Positions 37,679 through 46,060 of a stretch of DNA of 53,370 nt are shown here, one piece after another (the first letter of the stretch is position 1; the number at the start of each line of letters is the position of its first letter). The position numbers and the translations under genes are program-made. The notes under the pieces were generated by a model. It saw only the letters and a program-made list of their open reading frames with translations, ran no database searches and was not told the origin of the DNA. The DNA comes from Spirochaetaceae bacterium. GTDB lineage: Bacteria > Spirochaetota > Spirochaetia > PWKH01. The stretch spans positions 1 through 53,370 of the forward strand of contig PWKH01000049.1 of the NCBI GenBank assembly GCA_003559765.1, written 5' to 3'.

Positions 37679-37738
37679 GAGCGAATGATACCTATGTGGC
37701 CGGATAAGGTCAATGAGATAAGCTGTCCCGGCGGCGTA

Positions 37739-38986
37739 TTATCCCGGATCGGAGCCGGGGCGGAACCTGATGAGATCAATCCGGTTGCCCGTCATGCTGT
37801 GGACGGTGAAGACCCCTTCGGGTGCAGGTACTGACTGTCCGGTAACGGGAATCTGGCCGATTACCTCGGTGATATAGCCGCCGACGGTGCTCACATGGCG
37901 GGAGTGGCTGACCTGAACACCGAAAAAATCCTGGAACTGCTCCAGGGGCGTATCGGCCTGAATCAGATATGCATCCGTGCTGATCTTGGTGATCGGGTCT
38001 CCGTTTTTCTGTTCGTGCTCATCATAGAGCTCTCCGAAGAGCACCTCCAGGACATCCTCCAGGCTCACGACTCCCGCGAGTCCTCCGTATTCGTCCAGCA
38101 CCACGGCAATCTGAAGCTGCTGGGCTTTGAAGAGGAAGAACATGTCATGGACCTTCTTGGTCTCCGAGACGAATATCGGAGACTGCATGATATCCTTGAT
38201 CCGCAGCTGATCCTTCTGTTCCACTACCGCCTTCAGCACATCCCGCATCAGCACAATGCCGGATATCTGCTCGGGATGCCTGGCGTAGACCGGAATCCGT
38301 GAATGGCCGTAGGCTACCAGATCCGGGAGGATTGATGCGATTGAAGCCTGTTCGTCAATGCTGAATACATCAGTCCGGTGAGTCATGATGGAACGCAGCT
38401 CAATGTTGTCGAACCGGAAGACCCGGCGGACCAGATCGGATTCGTAATCCTCCACTACTCCCTGACGCTCTGCGAGGTTTACCACATGCAGGATACCCTG
38501 CAGGGAAATGCTGCCGGCATCTCCCCGGGAGAACAGCCGGGTGATGGTCGTGCTCATGGTGTTAATCAGCCAGATCAGCGGCCGAAGAAGGTAGGAAAGC
38601 CACAGCAGGGGATAGGACATATGAGCGCTGATCAGTTCATTATGGATAATAGCGATCTGCTTCGGAGTGATTTCTGCGAATACGAGGATAATGAACGTCA
38701 GTATCCCTGTGGCATATCCCACAGCAAAGGAGCCGAATCGTTCAATCACCATGGCCGTAGTCATCGCTGAGGCGGCAATGTTGACCAGATTGTTGCCGAT
38801 GAGGATGGTGGTCAGCAGCTGATCGGGGCGGTTCGCAAGAAGAGCCGCCAGCCGCGATGTTCTGCTTCCTGACTGCTCCATTTCCTTGATCTGCAGAAAG
38901 GAGAGGGAAGTGTAAGCCGTCTCAGTGCCGGAAAAGATTCCTGAAAGGACCACAAGCAGCAGCACTGAAAAGATGTGGGGCATCAT
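37739..38986 (-). CDS. CNNM/CorB-CorC (hemolysin-like) protein: DUF21, CBS pair, CorC_HlyC
   Basis: SG.FSGTETA, TILIGNNLVN, FAEITPK, IMTHR, GHSRIPVY, VLDEYGG.AG.V.LED.LE.LFGE..DEH. Confidence 0.93.
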   Translation of the reverse strand: MMPHIFSVLLLVVLSGIFSGTETAYTSLSFLQIKEMEQSGSRTSRLAALLANRPDQLLTTILIGNNLVNIAASAMTTAMVIERFGSFAVGYATGILTFIILVFAEITPKQIAIIHNELISAHMSYPLLWLSYLLRPLIWLINTMSTTITRLFSRGDAGSISLQGILHVVNLAERQGVVEDYESDLVRRVFRFDNIELRSIMTHRTDVFSIDEQASIASILPDLVAYGHSRIPVYARHPEQISGIVLMRDVLKAVVEQKDQLRIKDIMQSPIFVSETKKVHDMFFLFKAQQLQIAVVLDEYGGLAGVVSLEDVLEVLFGELYDEHEQKNGDPITKISTDAYLIQADTPLEQFQDFFGVQVSHSRHVSTVGGYITEVIGQIPVTGQSVPAPEGVFTVHSMTGNRIDLIRFRPGSDPG

Positions 38987-39157
38987 CGGACAGTTCTCCC
39001 GGGTGCGGTGAGGCGGACGGGGTTTCTCCTGCTGGACGAATCAGATGATTGATTCATGATCAGTCTTACTATACTATCAGACGGACAGGGTTGCAAGGGT
39101 GAGAGGAATGCTTGAAAAAGGTTAAAATTTTTTTGTTTATAGGATATACTGAGCTGT

Positions 39158-39781
39158 ATGAAAGTACTGTTGTTTTCTTTTGAACCGTCTACTCCCGGTC
39201 ACACCAACAGCGGAGTGACCACGGCTGAATGGATCGTGGAGGGACTAGTGTCGGAATATCCGGAAACGGCGAACTGCCTGACGGTAGTGCTGCCGCTGTA
39301 TTTTTCCTGCAGGGAGAAGCTGAAGCGGAAGATTGATTCCTTCCAGCCTGATATCGTCATCGGATTCCATGTGTCTCCGGGAAAGCCCTGGGTGATGATT
39401 GAGCAGTGTGCATTGAATATTATCCACACCCATCATTATCCCAACTGGGCGGACCAGGACCGGCATATGACCCCGATATACCAGAACGGCGCCGGTGCGC
39501 TCTTTACCCGAGCTGATACCGTGGATCTGGTGGAAATGCTCAGGGAGCACGGAGTTCCTGCGGACCACTCCTTTCACTGCGGAACGGGCATAGCAAATTA
39601 TTCCTACTATATTGCCCTGCAGGAGATGGATCTGGAGAATACGGTCTTTATCCATGTTCCCCAGTCTCCGGAAGAGGGTATTGTGCAGGGAAGACCGGTG
39701 CCGGTGTTTCCTCCCTGGAAGACCGCACAGGGAATCATCAAATGGATCAGCAAATCCTATAGAAAAGGGGATCAGGAGTGA
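39158..39781 (+). CDS. Pyroglutamyl-peptidase I (C15) fold protein lacking the canonical catalytic Cys
   Basis: FEP, PDIVIG, EQCALN (catalytic E) and FIHVP (H) present; SFHCGTGIANY replaces S..AGT.VCN. Promoter TATACT-7-ATG. Confidence 0.8.
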   Translation: MKVLLFSFEPSTPGHTNSGVTTAEWIVEGLVSEYPETANCLTVVLPLYFSCREKLKRKIDSFQPDIVIGFHVSPGKPWVMIEQCALNIIHTHHYPNWADQDRHMTPIYQNGAGALFTRADTVDLVEMLREHGVPADHSFHCGTGIANYSYYIALQEMDLENTVFIHVPQSPEEGIVQGRPVPVFPPWKTAQGIIKWISKSYRKGDQE

Positions 39782-40332
39782 TGAGCAGTAAACAGGGAAA
39801 GGCAATCCTCACCGCCATGGGGAAGGATCGGGTCGGTATTGTTCAGGATCTCACCGAGGTGCTGACGAAATGGGAATGCAATATTGAAGAGAGCAAAATG
39901 GCGGTGCTGGCAGACCAGTTTGCCGTTATCCTGCTGTTTGCAGGTCCCCAGGATAATGTAGAGAAGCTCCTTGCAGGCGAGGAATCCTGGGAGAAGGTTG
40001 CTGATCTGCAGGTCGAGCTGAAGCGGGTAGCCGCAGCCGAAGGGAAAAGGGGAGGACTTACCTACCTGGTGGAGACGGTATCCCTGGATTCTCCGGGAAT
40101 TGTCCATTAGGTAACCCAGGTCCTCAGGGAGTTCAAGATCAACATAGAAGAACTGGATACCGAGAGCGCCTCAGCTCCCTTTACCGGCTCTCCCATGTTC
40201 GTCATGAAGCTGCGGGTGATTCTCCCGGTAGATGTCTCCCCGGCGGCAGTCCGGGAAGCGCTCCACAGAACCGCCTCCGACAAGGACCTTGATATTAAGT
40301 TTGAACCGCTGTCAAATATCCTTCCGCTGTAG
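39781..40332 (+). pseudogene. GcvR/YhfA-like double-ACT protein interrupted by one in-frame TAG (40108-40110)
   Basis: ACT1 GKDRVGIV...NIEESKM, then DSPGIVH*VTQVLREFKINIEELDT...APFTGSPMF to the stop at 40332; 183 codons with the frame intact on both sides. Confidence 0.85.
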
Positions 40333-41619
40333 ACCTGCGGATCGGTAGGCGTCCAGAGCGACCTGCCGCTCCGTCTGGTGGTCAACCATCGGGGACGGAT
40401 ACCCCGGCAGGGGGTGCTTCTCGTGCCGGTGAATTTCCTTCGGGGAAAACCCCGCAAGCTCCGGCAGGTGCGCCTTGATGTACCGCGCCTCCGGGTCGAA
40501 CCGCTGCTGCTGTCTCCATGGGTTGAAGACCCTGAAGAAGGGCTGGGCGTCGCACCCGGTGGATGCGGCCCACTGCCAGTTGCCGTTGTTCACTGCCGGA
40601 TCATAATCAATCAGCCGTGAGGCGAAATACTCCTCTCCCCATTTCCAGTCAATATGGAGGTCCTTCGTGAGAAAAGATGCGGTGATCATCCTCACTCGGT
40701 TGTGCATGAACCCGGTCTCATTAAGCTCCCGCATCCCCGCATCAACTATGGGAAAGCCGGTCATTCCGCGGCACCATGCCTGGAATGCTTCGGTATCTTC
40801 CGACCAGGGCAGACGGTCATACCGGCTGATGTAGCTGCCGGAGTAGACTGCCGGAACATGTTCGGCAATGGAGTGCCAGAAGTCGCGCCAGTACAGTTCC
40901 GAGACAAAGACCGAATCAATTCCGAACACCTCTGCTGCCCGCAGAAACGTTTCGCGGGGAGAGACCGTGCCGAAAGCAAGGTGCGCCGAGAGCCGGGAGG
41001 TATGTCTCCAGGGAATATCCCGGATTTCTGCGTAGTCGGTCATGGATTCAAGGGACCGAAGAAGCTCCAGTCCGGCCTGCCTGCCCCCAGGGACGGAGGA
41101 GACAGACTCCGGCGGACTCAATCTCCGCGCATCTGCCGCTCCCGAATGCCATCGACCCGGGGCGAGGGACGCGGGCACGGCGACGTCAAGAGTTTTCGCC
41201 CGGTTCAGATACGGGGTGAACACCTGGTAAGCTGATCTGTCGGCCTTCATCACTTCCTGGGCATCGGTCAGGGTGCGGTCCTTCACCTCGATTACGGTAA
41301 AATCCTTTGAAAGTCCGGCTGCAAGCTGCCGGTGCTCCGGTGACGTGTCGAAGGTGAGGTAGACGGTCTCAGCCGAGCAGCTTTTCGCCAGGCTCACTGT
41401 CTCCTGAAGATCGCTGCAGACCTGCAGGCTGCTGTGGTCTTCTGCAAGCCGGGCATCCAGCTCCTTGAGACTGTCATGGACGAAGGACCGGGCGAAGGGT
41501 CCGAGGGGGAACTGCAGAAAGCAGGGAATTACGGGAGCGCCGGCTGACCGGGCGGCATTGAGGGCAGTATTGTCCTCAAACCGCAGGTCCCGGGTAAAGA
41601 TAAACAGTACCGGTTTCAT
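40312..41619 (-). CDS. phrB: Deoxyribodipyrimidine (CPD) photolyase
   Basis: RDLRFEDN, TSRLSAHLAFG, TGFPIVDAGMREL, MHNRVRM, DYDPAVNNGNWQW; TACAAT-7-ATG. Confidence 0.93.
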   Translation of the reverse strand: MKPVLFIFTRDLRFEDNTALNAARSAGAPVIPCFLQFPLGPFARSFVHDSLKELDARLAEDHSSLQVCSDLQETVSLAKSCSAETVYLTFDTSPEHRQLAAGLSKDFTVIEVKDRTLTDAQEVMKADRSAYQVFTPYLNRAKTLDVAVPASLAPGRWHSGAADARRLSPPESVSSVPGGRQAGLELLRSLESMTDYAEIRDIPWRHTSRLSAHLAFGTVSPRETFLRAAEVFGIDSVFVSELYWRDFWHSIAEHVPAVYSGSYISRYDRLPWSEDTEAFQAWCRGMTGFPIVDAGMRELNETGFMHNRVRMITASFLTKDLHIDWKWGEEYFASRLIDYDPAVNNGNWQWAASTGCDAQPFFRVFNPWRQQQRFDPEARYIKAHLPELAGFSPKEIHRHEKHPLPGYPSPMVDHQTERQVALDAYRSAGLQRKDI

Positions 41620-41767
41620 AGAACAGATTGTATCAGATGCCGACGTATGCCGTCGAGCAGAAAGGCCGGTTTCCTGTTCGGTTTTTTCTGAAATCAGAAT
41701 GCTCCGGCAGATCCGATTAAGGAAACGCTCATGAGCACCGGCACTGCAGAACGGCTTAAACGATCAT

Positions 41768-42982
41768 CTACAAGGAATCGGTTTTTCTCTCCAGTGCCGC
41801 CAGCCCGCCCATGGAAGTCTCCCTGTAGAGCGAGGGAATGGCCTCCCCGGTCTCCTTCATGACCGAGACCACATCATCAAAGGATATGAAATGCCGTCCG
41901 TCCGAGAGGAGGGAGAAGGCCATATGGTTCAGAGCCCGGGCAGCGGCCATGGCGTTGCGCTCAATGCAGGGGATCTGCACGAGCCCGTATACCGGATCGC
42001 AGGTCAGACCCAGGTGATGCTCAAGACCCATCTCTGCTGCATATTCAATCTGGTAGTTGGAGCCTCCCATCAGGTGGGCCGCCGCAGCTGAGGCCATGGC
42101 GCAGGCAGTTCCGATTTCTCCCTGGCAGCCCACTTCAGCACCGGATATCGATGCGCGGTGCTTGACGATGTTTCCGACGATTCCGGCAGCGGCGAGACTC
42201 CTGATAATCCGCTGCTGGGAAATCCGGTGGGTCTCCTGGAGGTAGTACAGCACCGCCGGAAGCACGCCGCTGGCCCCGCAGGTGGGGGCGGTCACGACCT
42301 GACCCCCGCCGGCATTCTCTTCGGATACCGCCAGAGCGTAGGCATAGATCCGCGAACGTCTGCCGATGGAGCCGCTGAGATACTGGGTCCGCGCATAATA
42401 CTGAGCTGCCTTGCGCGGCAGCCGGAGCTCCCCGGGAAGCACCCCCTCGTGTTCAAGCCCCGCTTTCACCGATGCCCTCATAGCTTCCCATACCTGTTTA
42501 AGATAGCTGAACAGCTCCTCCCCTTCCTGGTCTGCAGCATATTCCCAGAGCATAGCCCCTTTCCTGCGGCACCATTCGAGGATGCTGTCCATGCTGTCCA
42601 GCTCATAGACCCGGTCGGCCCTGCCCCAGGACTCGTCATCCCGCAGCGCTCCGCCTCCGGTGCTGTAGACGTTCCATGAGCAGAGAGGGCTGCCTCCTTG
42701 ATCGAGACTGCTGAAGGTCATGGCATTGGGATGTTTCCGGAGAAAGATGTCGGGTTTCCACAGGATTTCCACAGGTTTTCCCGTTTTTCCGAGGACTGAT
42801 TCTATCGCCCGGTCGGTATAATGCCCCCTCCCGGTAGCGGCGAGACTGCCGTAGAGGACCACCCGGTAGGATGCCGCATCCGGGGTTCGGGCGAGGAAAT
42901 CTTCGGCGGCATGCATCGGAGCCATAGTGTGACTGCTTGAAGGGCCGAGGCCGATTCGGTAGAGCTGTTTCATCGATTCCAT
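41768..42982 (-). CDS. sdaA: Single-chain Fe-S L-serine ammonia-lyase
   Basis: IGLGPSSSHT, APTCGASG, GAEVGCQGE, HHLGLTCDP, QIPCIERN; start MESMKQLY at 42982 after TATGCT-7. Confidence 0.95.
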   Translation of the reverse strand: MESMKQLYRIGLGPSSSHTMAPMHAAEDFLARTPDAASYRVVLYGSLAATGRGHYTDRAIESVLGKTGKPVEILWKPDIFLRKHPNAMTFSSLDQGGSPLCSWNVYSTGGGALRDDESWGRADRVYELDSMDSILEWCRRKGAMLWEYAADQEGEELFSYLKQVWEAMRASVKAGLEHEGVLPGELRLPRKAAQYYARTQYLSGSIGRRSRIYAYALAVSEENAGGGQVVTAPTCGASGVLPAVLYYLQETHRISQQRIIRSLAAAGIVGNIVKHRASISGAEVGCQGEIGTACAMASAAAAHLMGGSNYQIEYAAEMGLEHHLGLTCDPVYGLVQIPCIERNAMAAARALNHMAFSLLSDGRHFISFDDVVSVMKETGEAIPSLYRETSMGGLAALERKTDSL

Positions 42983-43139
42983 GGTATTCAGCATACTGTG
43001 TTTTTGCCTGGCTGACCAGCGCAGAGCATGAAGAATCTGCCGGTGAGTACTGTCCGGCTGCTCTTGTTCCCTGAGGAAACTCGGGTTACAATGGATGATA
43101 CAAGGCAGCATGGGTGCAGACAGATGAGAGGAGGGGGAA

Positions 43140-43955
43140 GTGAAGGAATACAGTACACGCACGCTCTATAACGGGGTGGAGATACCCGGAATCGGGCTGG
43201 GGACATACCGAATGGACGATGCCGCTGCCGCCCGGACAGTCGCAGAGGCCCTGGCTGCCGGGTACCGGATGATAGATACCGCAAGTATGTACGGCAATGA
43301 ACAGGGTGTCGGTCAGGGTGTCAGTTCCAGCGGAATCCCCAGAGAGGATGTATTTCTGGTGAGCAAAGTCTGGAACACTGATCAGGGATACCAGCGGACT
43401 ATCGGAGCATGCGAACAGTCCCTGAAGCGGCTTAATACCGATTATCTGGACCTGTATCTCATTCATTGGCCGAAGGAACAGTCTTTCGAGACCTGGAAGG
43501 CCATGGAGAAGCTGTACCGCATGGGAAAACTCCGGGCTGTCGGGGTGAGCAATTTCAAGATCCACCACCTCCAGGACCTGGCTGACCGCAGCGACATGCT
43601 GCCGATGATCAACCAGGTGGAGCTTCATCCGTTCTATCCGCAGAAACGGCTGCGCCGGTTCTGCGAAAAACTGGACGTGCTGGTCTGTTCCTGGGCACCC
43701 CTGGCCAGAGGAAGGATCACCGAAATTCCCCAGCTGAATGAGATTGCCCGGAGTCACGGGAAGACGGTCAGCCAGATCGTGCTGCGCTGGCACTGCCAGC
43801 TCTCAGCGGTGCCGATTCCGAAGACCGTGCATGCCGAACGGCTGCGGGAGAACCTTGATATCTTCGACTTTTCACTCTCCGGCGAGGAGATGAAGATCAT
43901 AGCATCGCTGAAGAGGGACCGGATCGGACCGGATCCGGATTTAATTACCTTCTGA
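43140..43955 (+). CDS. Aldo/keto reductase (AKR5/DkgA-like)
   Basis: IGLGTY, DTASMYGNE, SKVW, LIHWP, GVSNF, NQVELHP, IPKT. Confidence 0.93.
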   Translation: MKEYSTRTLYNGVEIPGIGLGTYRMDDAAAARTVAEALAAGYRMIDTASMYGNEQGVGQGVSSSGIPREDVFLVSKVWNTDQGYQRTIGACEQSLKRLNTDYLDLYLIHWPKEQSFETWKAMEKLYRMGKLRAVGVSNFKIHHLQDLADRSDMLPMINQVELHPFYPQKRLRRFCEKLDVLVCSWAPLARGRITEIPQLNEIARSHGKTVSQIVLRWHCQLSAVPIPKTVHAERLRENLDIFDFSLSGEEMKIIASLKRDRIGPDPDLITF

Positions 43956-44897
43956 TTCCATGAGCCTGAGCACCTGCTCCAGCCTTGGAGGATCGGCACC
44001 CTGCCGCTGGCAGGTTCCTTCTGCCGCATGGGTGGCGAAGGTCAGGGCAAGATGCGCCCGGCCTTCAGAAACCTCAGCAAGCTTCTTCCGTTCCAGCAGC
44101 CCCTCCCGGTAGAGATAGGCAATCAGCCCTGCGTGAAAGGTGTCGCCGGCGCCGATGGTGTCAACTACCTTGACCGGATGAGTCGGAGCAAAGGCTTCGG
44201 CATGCTGTGAGAACCAGTAGGATCCCTCAATGCCGTGGGTAACAATGCAGGCGGCCGCCCCTGCTTTGAGTATGTCCGCCGCCCCCTGGCGGATGTCTGA
44301 TGAGGGGTAGATCCAGGCAAGATCCTCATCGCTGATTTTTACGATATCTGCCGAAGCAAAGAGTTCCTCAAGTCTATTCAGATAGCCGTCCCGATCGGCG
44401 ATCATGGAAGGCCGGATGTTGGGATCGAGGGAGACGGCAATACCCCGGTCCCGGTTCAGAATATACTCATGGATGCCTGAAGCTCCTGGTTCAAGGGCCA
44501 GGGAGATGGAGCCGATCTGGATGCACTTCGGCGGTTCGGGCAGGCTGCTGACTGCCCTGTCTATGTCCGCTGCGGTGATGGAGCGGTCTGCTGATCCGTT
44601 GGTGTAGAATGCGTATTCGGCCTTTTTATCGATGATCTTTGCAAAGGCCAGGGTGGTGGGCTCATCGCTGCGCAGCAGTGCGGAGGTGTCGACACCGTTT
44701 GTCTCCAGATGTTCGGTCAGCATGCTGCCGAACATATCCCGGGAGAGTCTGCTGACGAAAGCCGTAGGAATATCCAGACGCTGCAGTGCAACTGCGGTGT
44801 TGAAGGGAGATCCCCCCGGGGCTGGTCTGAAGGAGGGACTGCCTTCCTGTTCGGTATAGATAAAATCAATCAGCGCCTCACCTAATGAAACAACCAT
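43941..44897 (-). CDS. PfkB family carbohydrate kinase (fructokinase-like)
   Basis: GEALID, GGSPFNTA, DPNIRP, KISDED, DTIGAGDTF; AGGAGG SD. Confidence 0.93.
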   Translation of the reverse strand: MVVSLGEALIDFIYTEQEGSPSFRPAPGGSPFNTAVALQRLDIPTAFVSRLSRDMFGSMLTEHLETNGVDTSALLRSDEPTTLAFAKIIDKKAEYAFYTNGSADRSITAADIDRAVSSLPEPPKCIQIGSISLALEPGASGIHEYILNRDRGIAVSLDPNIRPSMIADRDGYLNRLEELFASADIVKISDEDLAWIYPSSDIRQGAADILKAGAAACIVTHGIEGSYWFSQHAEAFAPTHPVKVVDTIGAGDTFHAGLIAYLYREGLLERKKLAEVSEGRAHLALTFATHAAEGTCQRQGADPPRLEQVLRLMESEGN

Positions 44898-45005
44898 GTA
44901 TGCCTCCTGCTTCTGTATCAGTTTTTATCCACCTTACTCGATTGCACCGGGCTTGTAAACGGCCGGGAGTATGAATTATTTTTTATCGAGCCAAAGACAT
45001 ATGCA

Positions 45006-45038
45006 TTATTGACATTTATAAAAATATTGTAATAATAA
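45006..45038 (+). promoter_or_regulatory. AT-rich fab operon promoter with imperfect inverted repeat
   Basis: TTGACA at 45009-14, -10-like AATAAT/TAATAA at 45031-38; arms TTATTGACA and TGTAATAA. Confidence 0.5.
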
Positions 45039-45070
45039 ACAGTGTAGCAGAACAGAAAGAAGGAGACACC

Positions 45071-46060
45071 ATGAATACCTACATACGGTCCATTGGATCA
45101 TATATTCCAAAAAAACGGGTCACCAATGATGAACTTGCAGAACGAATCGATACCTCCGATGAGTGGATTCGGTCCCATACAGGTATCGGCGCCCGACATA
45201 TAGCAGATGACGATGAAGCAACCTCCGACTTAGGATACCGCGCAGCGGTGGATGCGCTGGAAAGCGGAGGGGTTGATATACAGGAGATCGGCGGCATCAT
45301 AGCAGCTACTGCTACCCCCGATCATTTCGGCTTTCCCTCCACCGCCTGCATTATCCAGGACAGGCTGAAGGCCCAGCCCGGTTTCGCCTTTGACGTAACC
45401 GCAGGATGCAGCGGGTTTATCTACGGCCTTGAGATAGCCCGGGGCATGCTCCAGCTGAAGGATGCGGACAACATCCTCGTCATTGGGGCGGAGAAGCTCA
45501 CCAGCGTTGTGGACTGGGATGACAGAAACTCAGTGCTCTTCGGTGATGCCGGAGGGGCGGTGGTGCTCTCCCGGCTTAACGGCGCAGAGGAGGGCCTGCG
45601 GGGCATTATCGACAGCAAGCTCCATGCAGACGGCTCAGGCGCTGAAGCCCTGATGGTAGCCTCCGGGGGATCCCGCAGGCCGATGAAGGACGGTCCCTAC
45701 GATATCGCTGAAGTGACTTTGAGAATGCAGGGACGGCGGGTCTACAACTTTGCCGTATCGGTGATTGTGGGAACCCTCCGTTCCATGATGGAGCGCAACG
45801 GCCTGACGATTGATGATGTGGACTATATTGTTCCGCATCAGGCGAACATCCGGATTCTCCAGGCAGCTGCGAAACGGCTTGGTTTCCCCTTTGAGAAGTT
45901 TTATGTTAATATCGAAGATCTGGCGAATACCTCCGCTGCTTCCATCCCGGTAGCACTGAAGGAAATGGAACGGAAGGGACTGCTGCGGCGGGGAGCCAGG
46001 ATTATGACGATTGGGTTCGGAGCAGGACTCACCTATGGAGGAAATGTAATCATATGGTAA
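45071..46060 (+). CDS. fabH: Beta-ketoacyl-ACP synthase III
   Basis: DTSDEWI...TGI, AGCSG (C), PHQAN (H), ANTSAAS (N), GFGAG. Confidence 0.96.
   Translation: MNTYIRSIGSYIPKKRVTNDELAERIDTSDEWIRSHTGIGARHIADDDEATSDLGYRAAVDALESGGVDIQEIGGIIAATATPDHFGFPSTACIIQDRLKAQPGFAFDVTAGCSGFIYGLEIARGMLQLKDADNILVIGAEKLTSVVDWDDRNSVLFGDAGGAVVLSRLNGAEEGLRGIIDSKLHADGSGAEALMVASGGSRRPMKDGPYDIAEVTLRMQGRRVYNFAVSVIVGTLRSMMERNGLTIDDVDYIVPHQANIRILQAAAKRLGFPFEKFYVNIEDLANTSAASIPVALKEMERKGLLRRGARIMTIGFGAGLTYGGNVIIW

Noticed and set aside
11328-43162. ORF-track N-terminal extensions (for example 11328, 14641, 21963, 28629, 31662, 31834, 43162)
   Set aside because: They run through neighbouring genes or promoters; downstream starts match family N-termini and promoter or SD positions.
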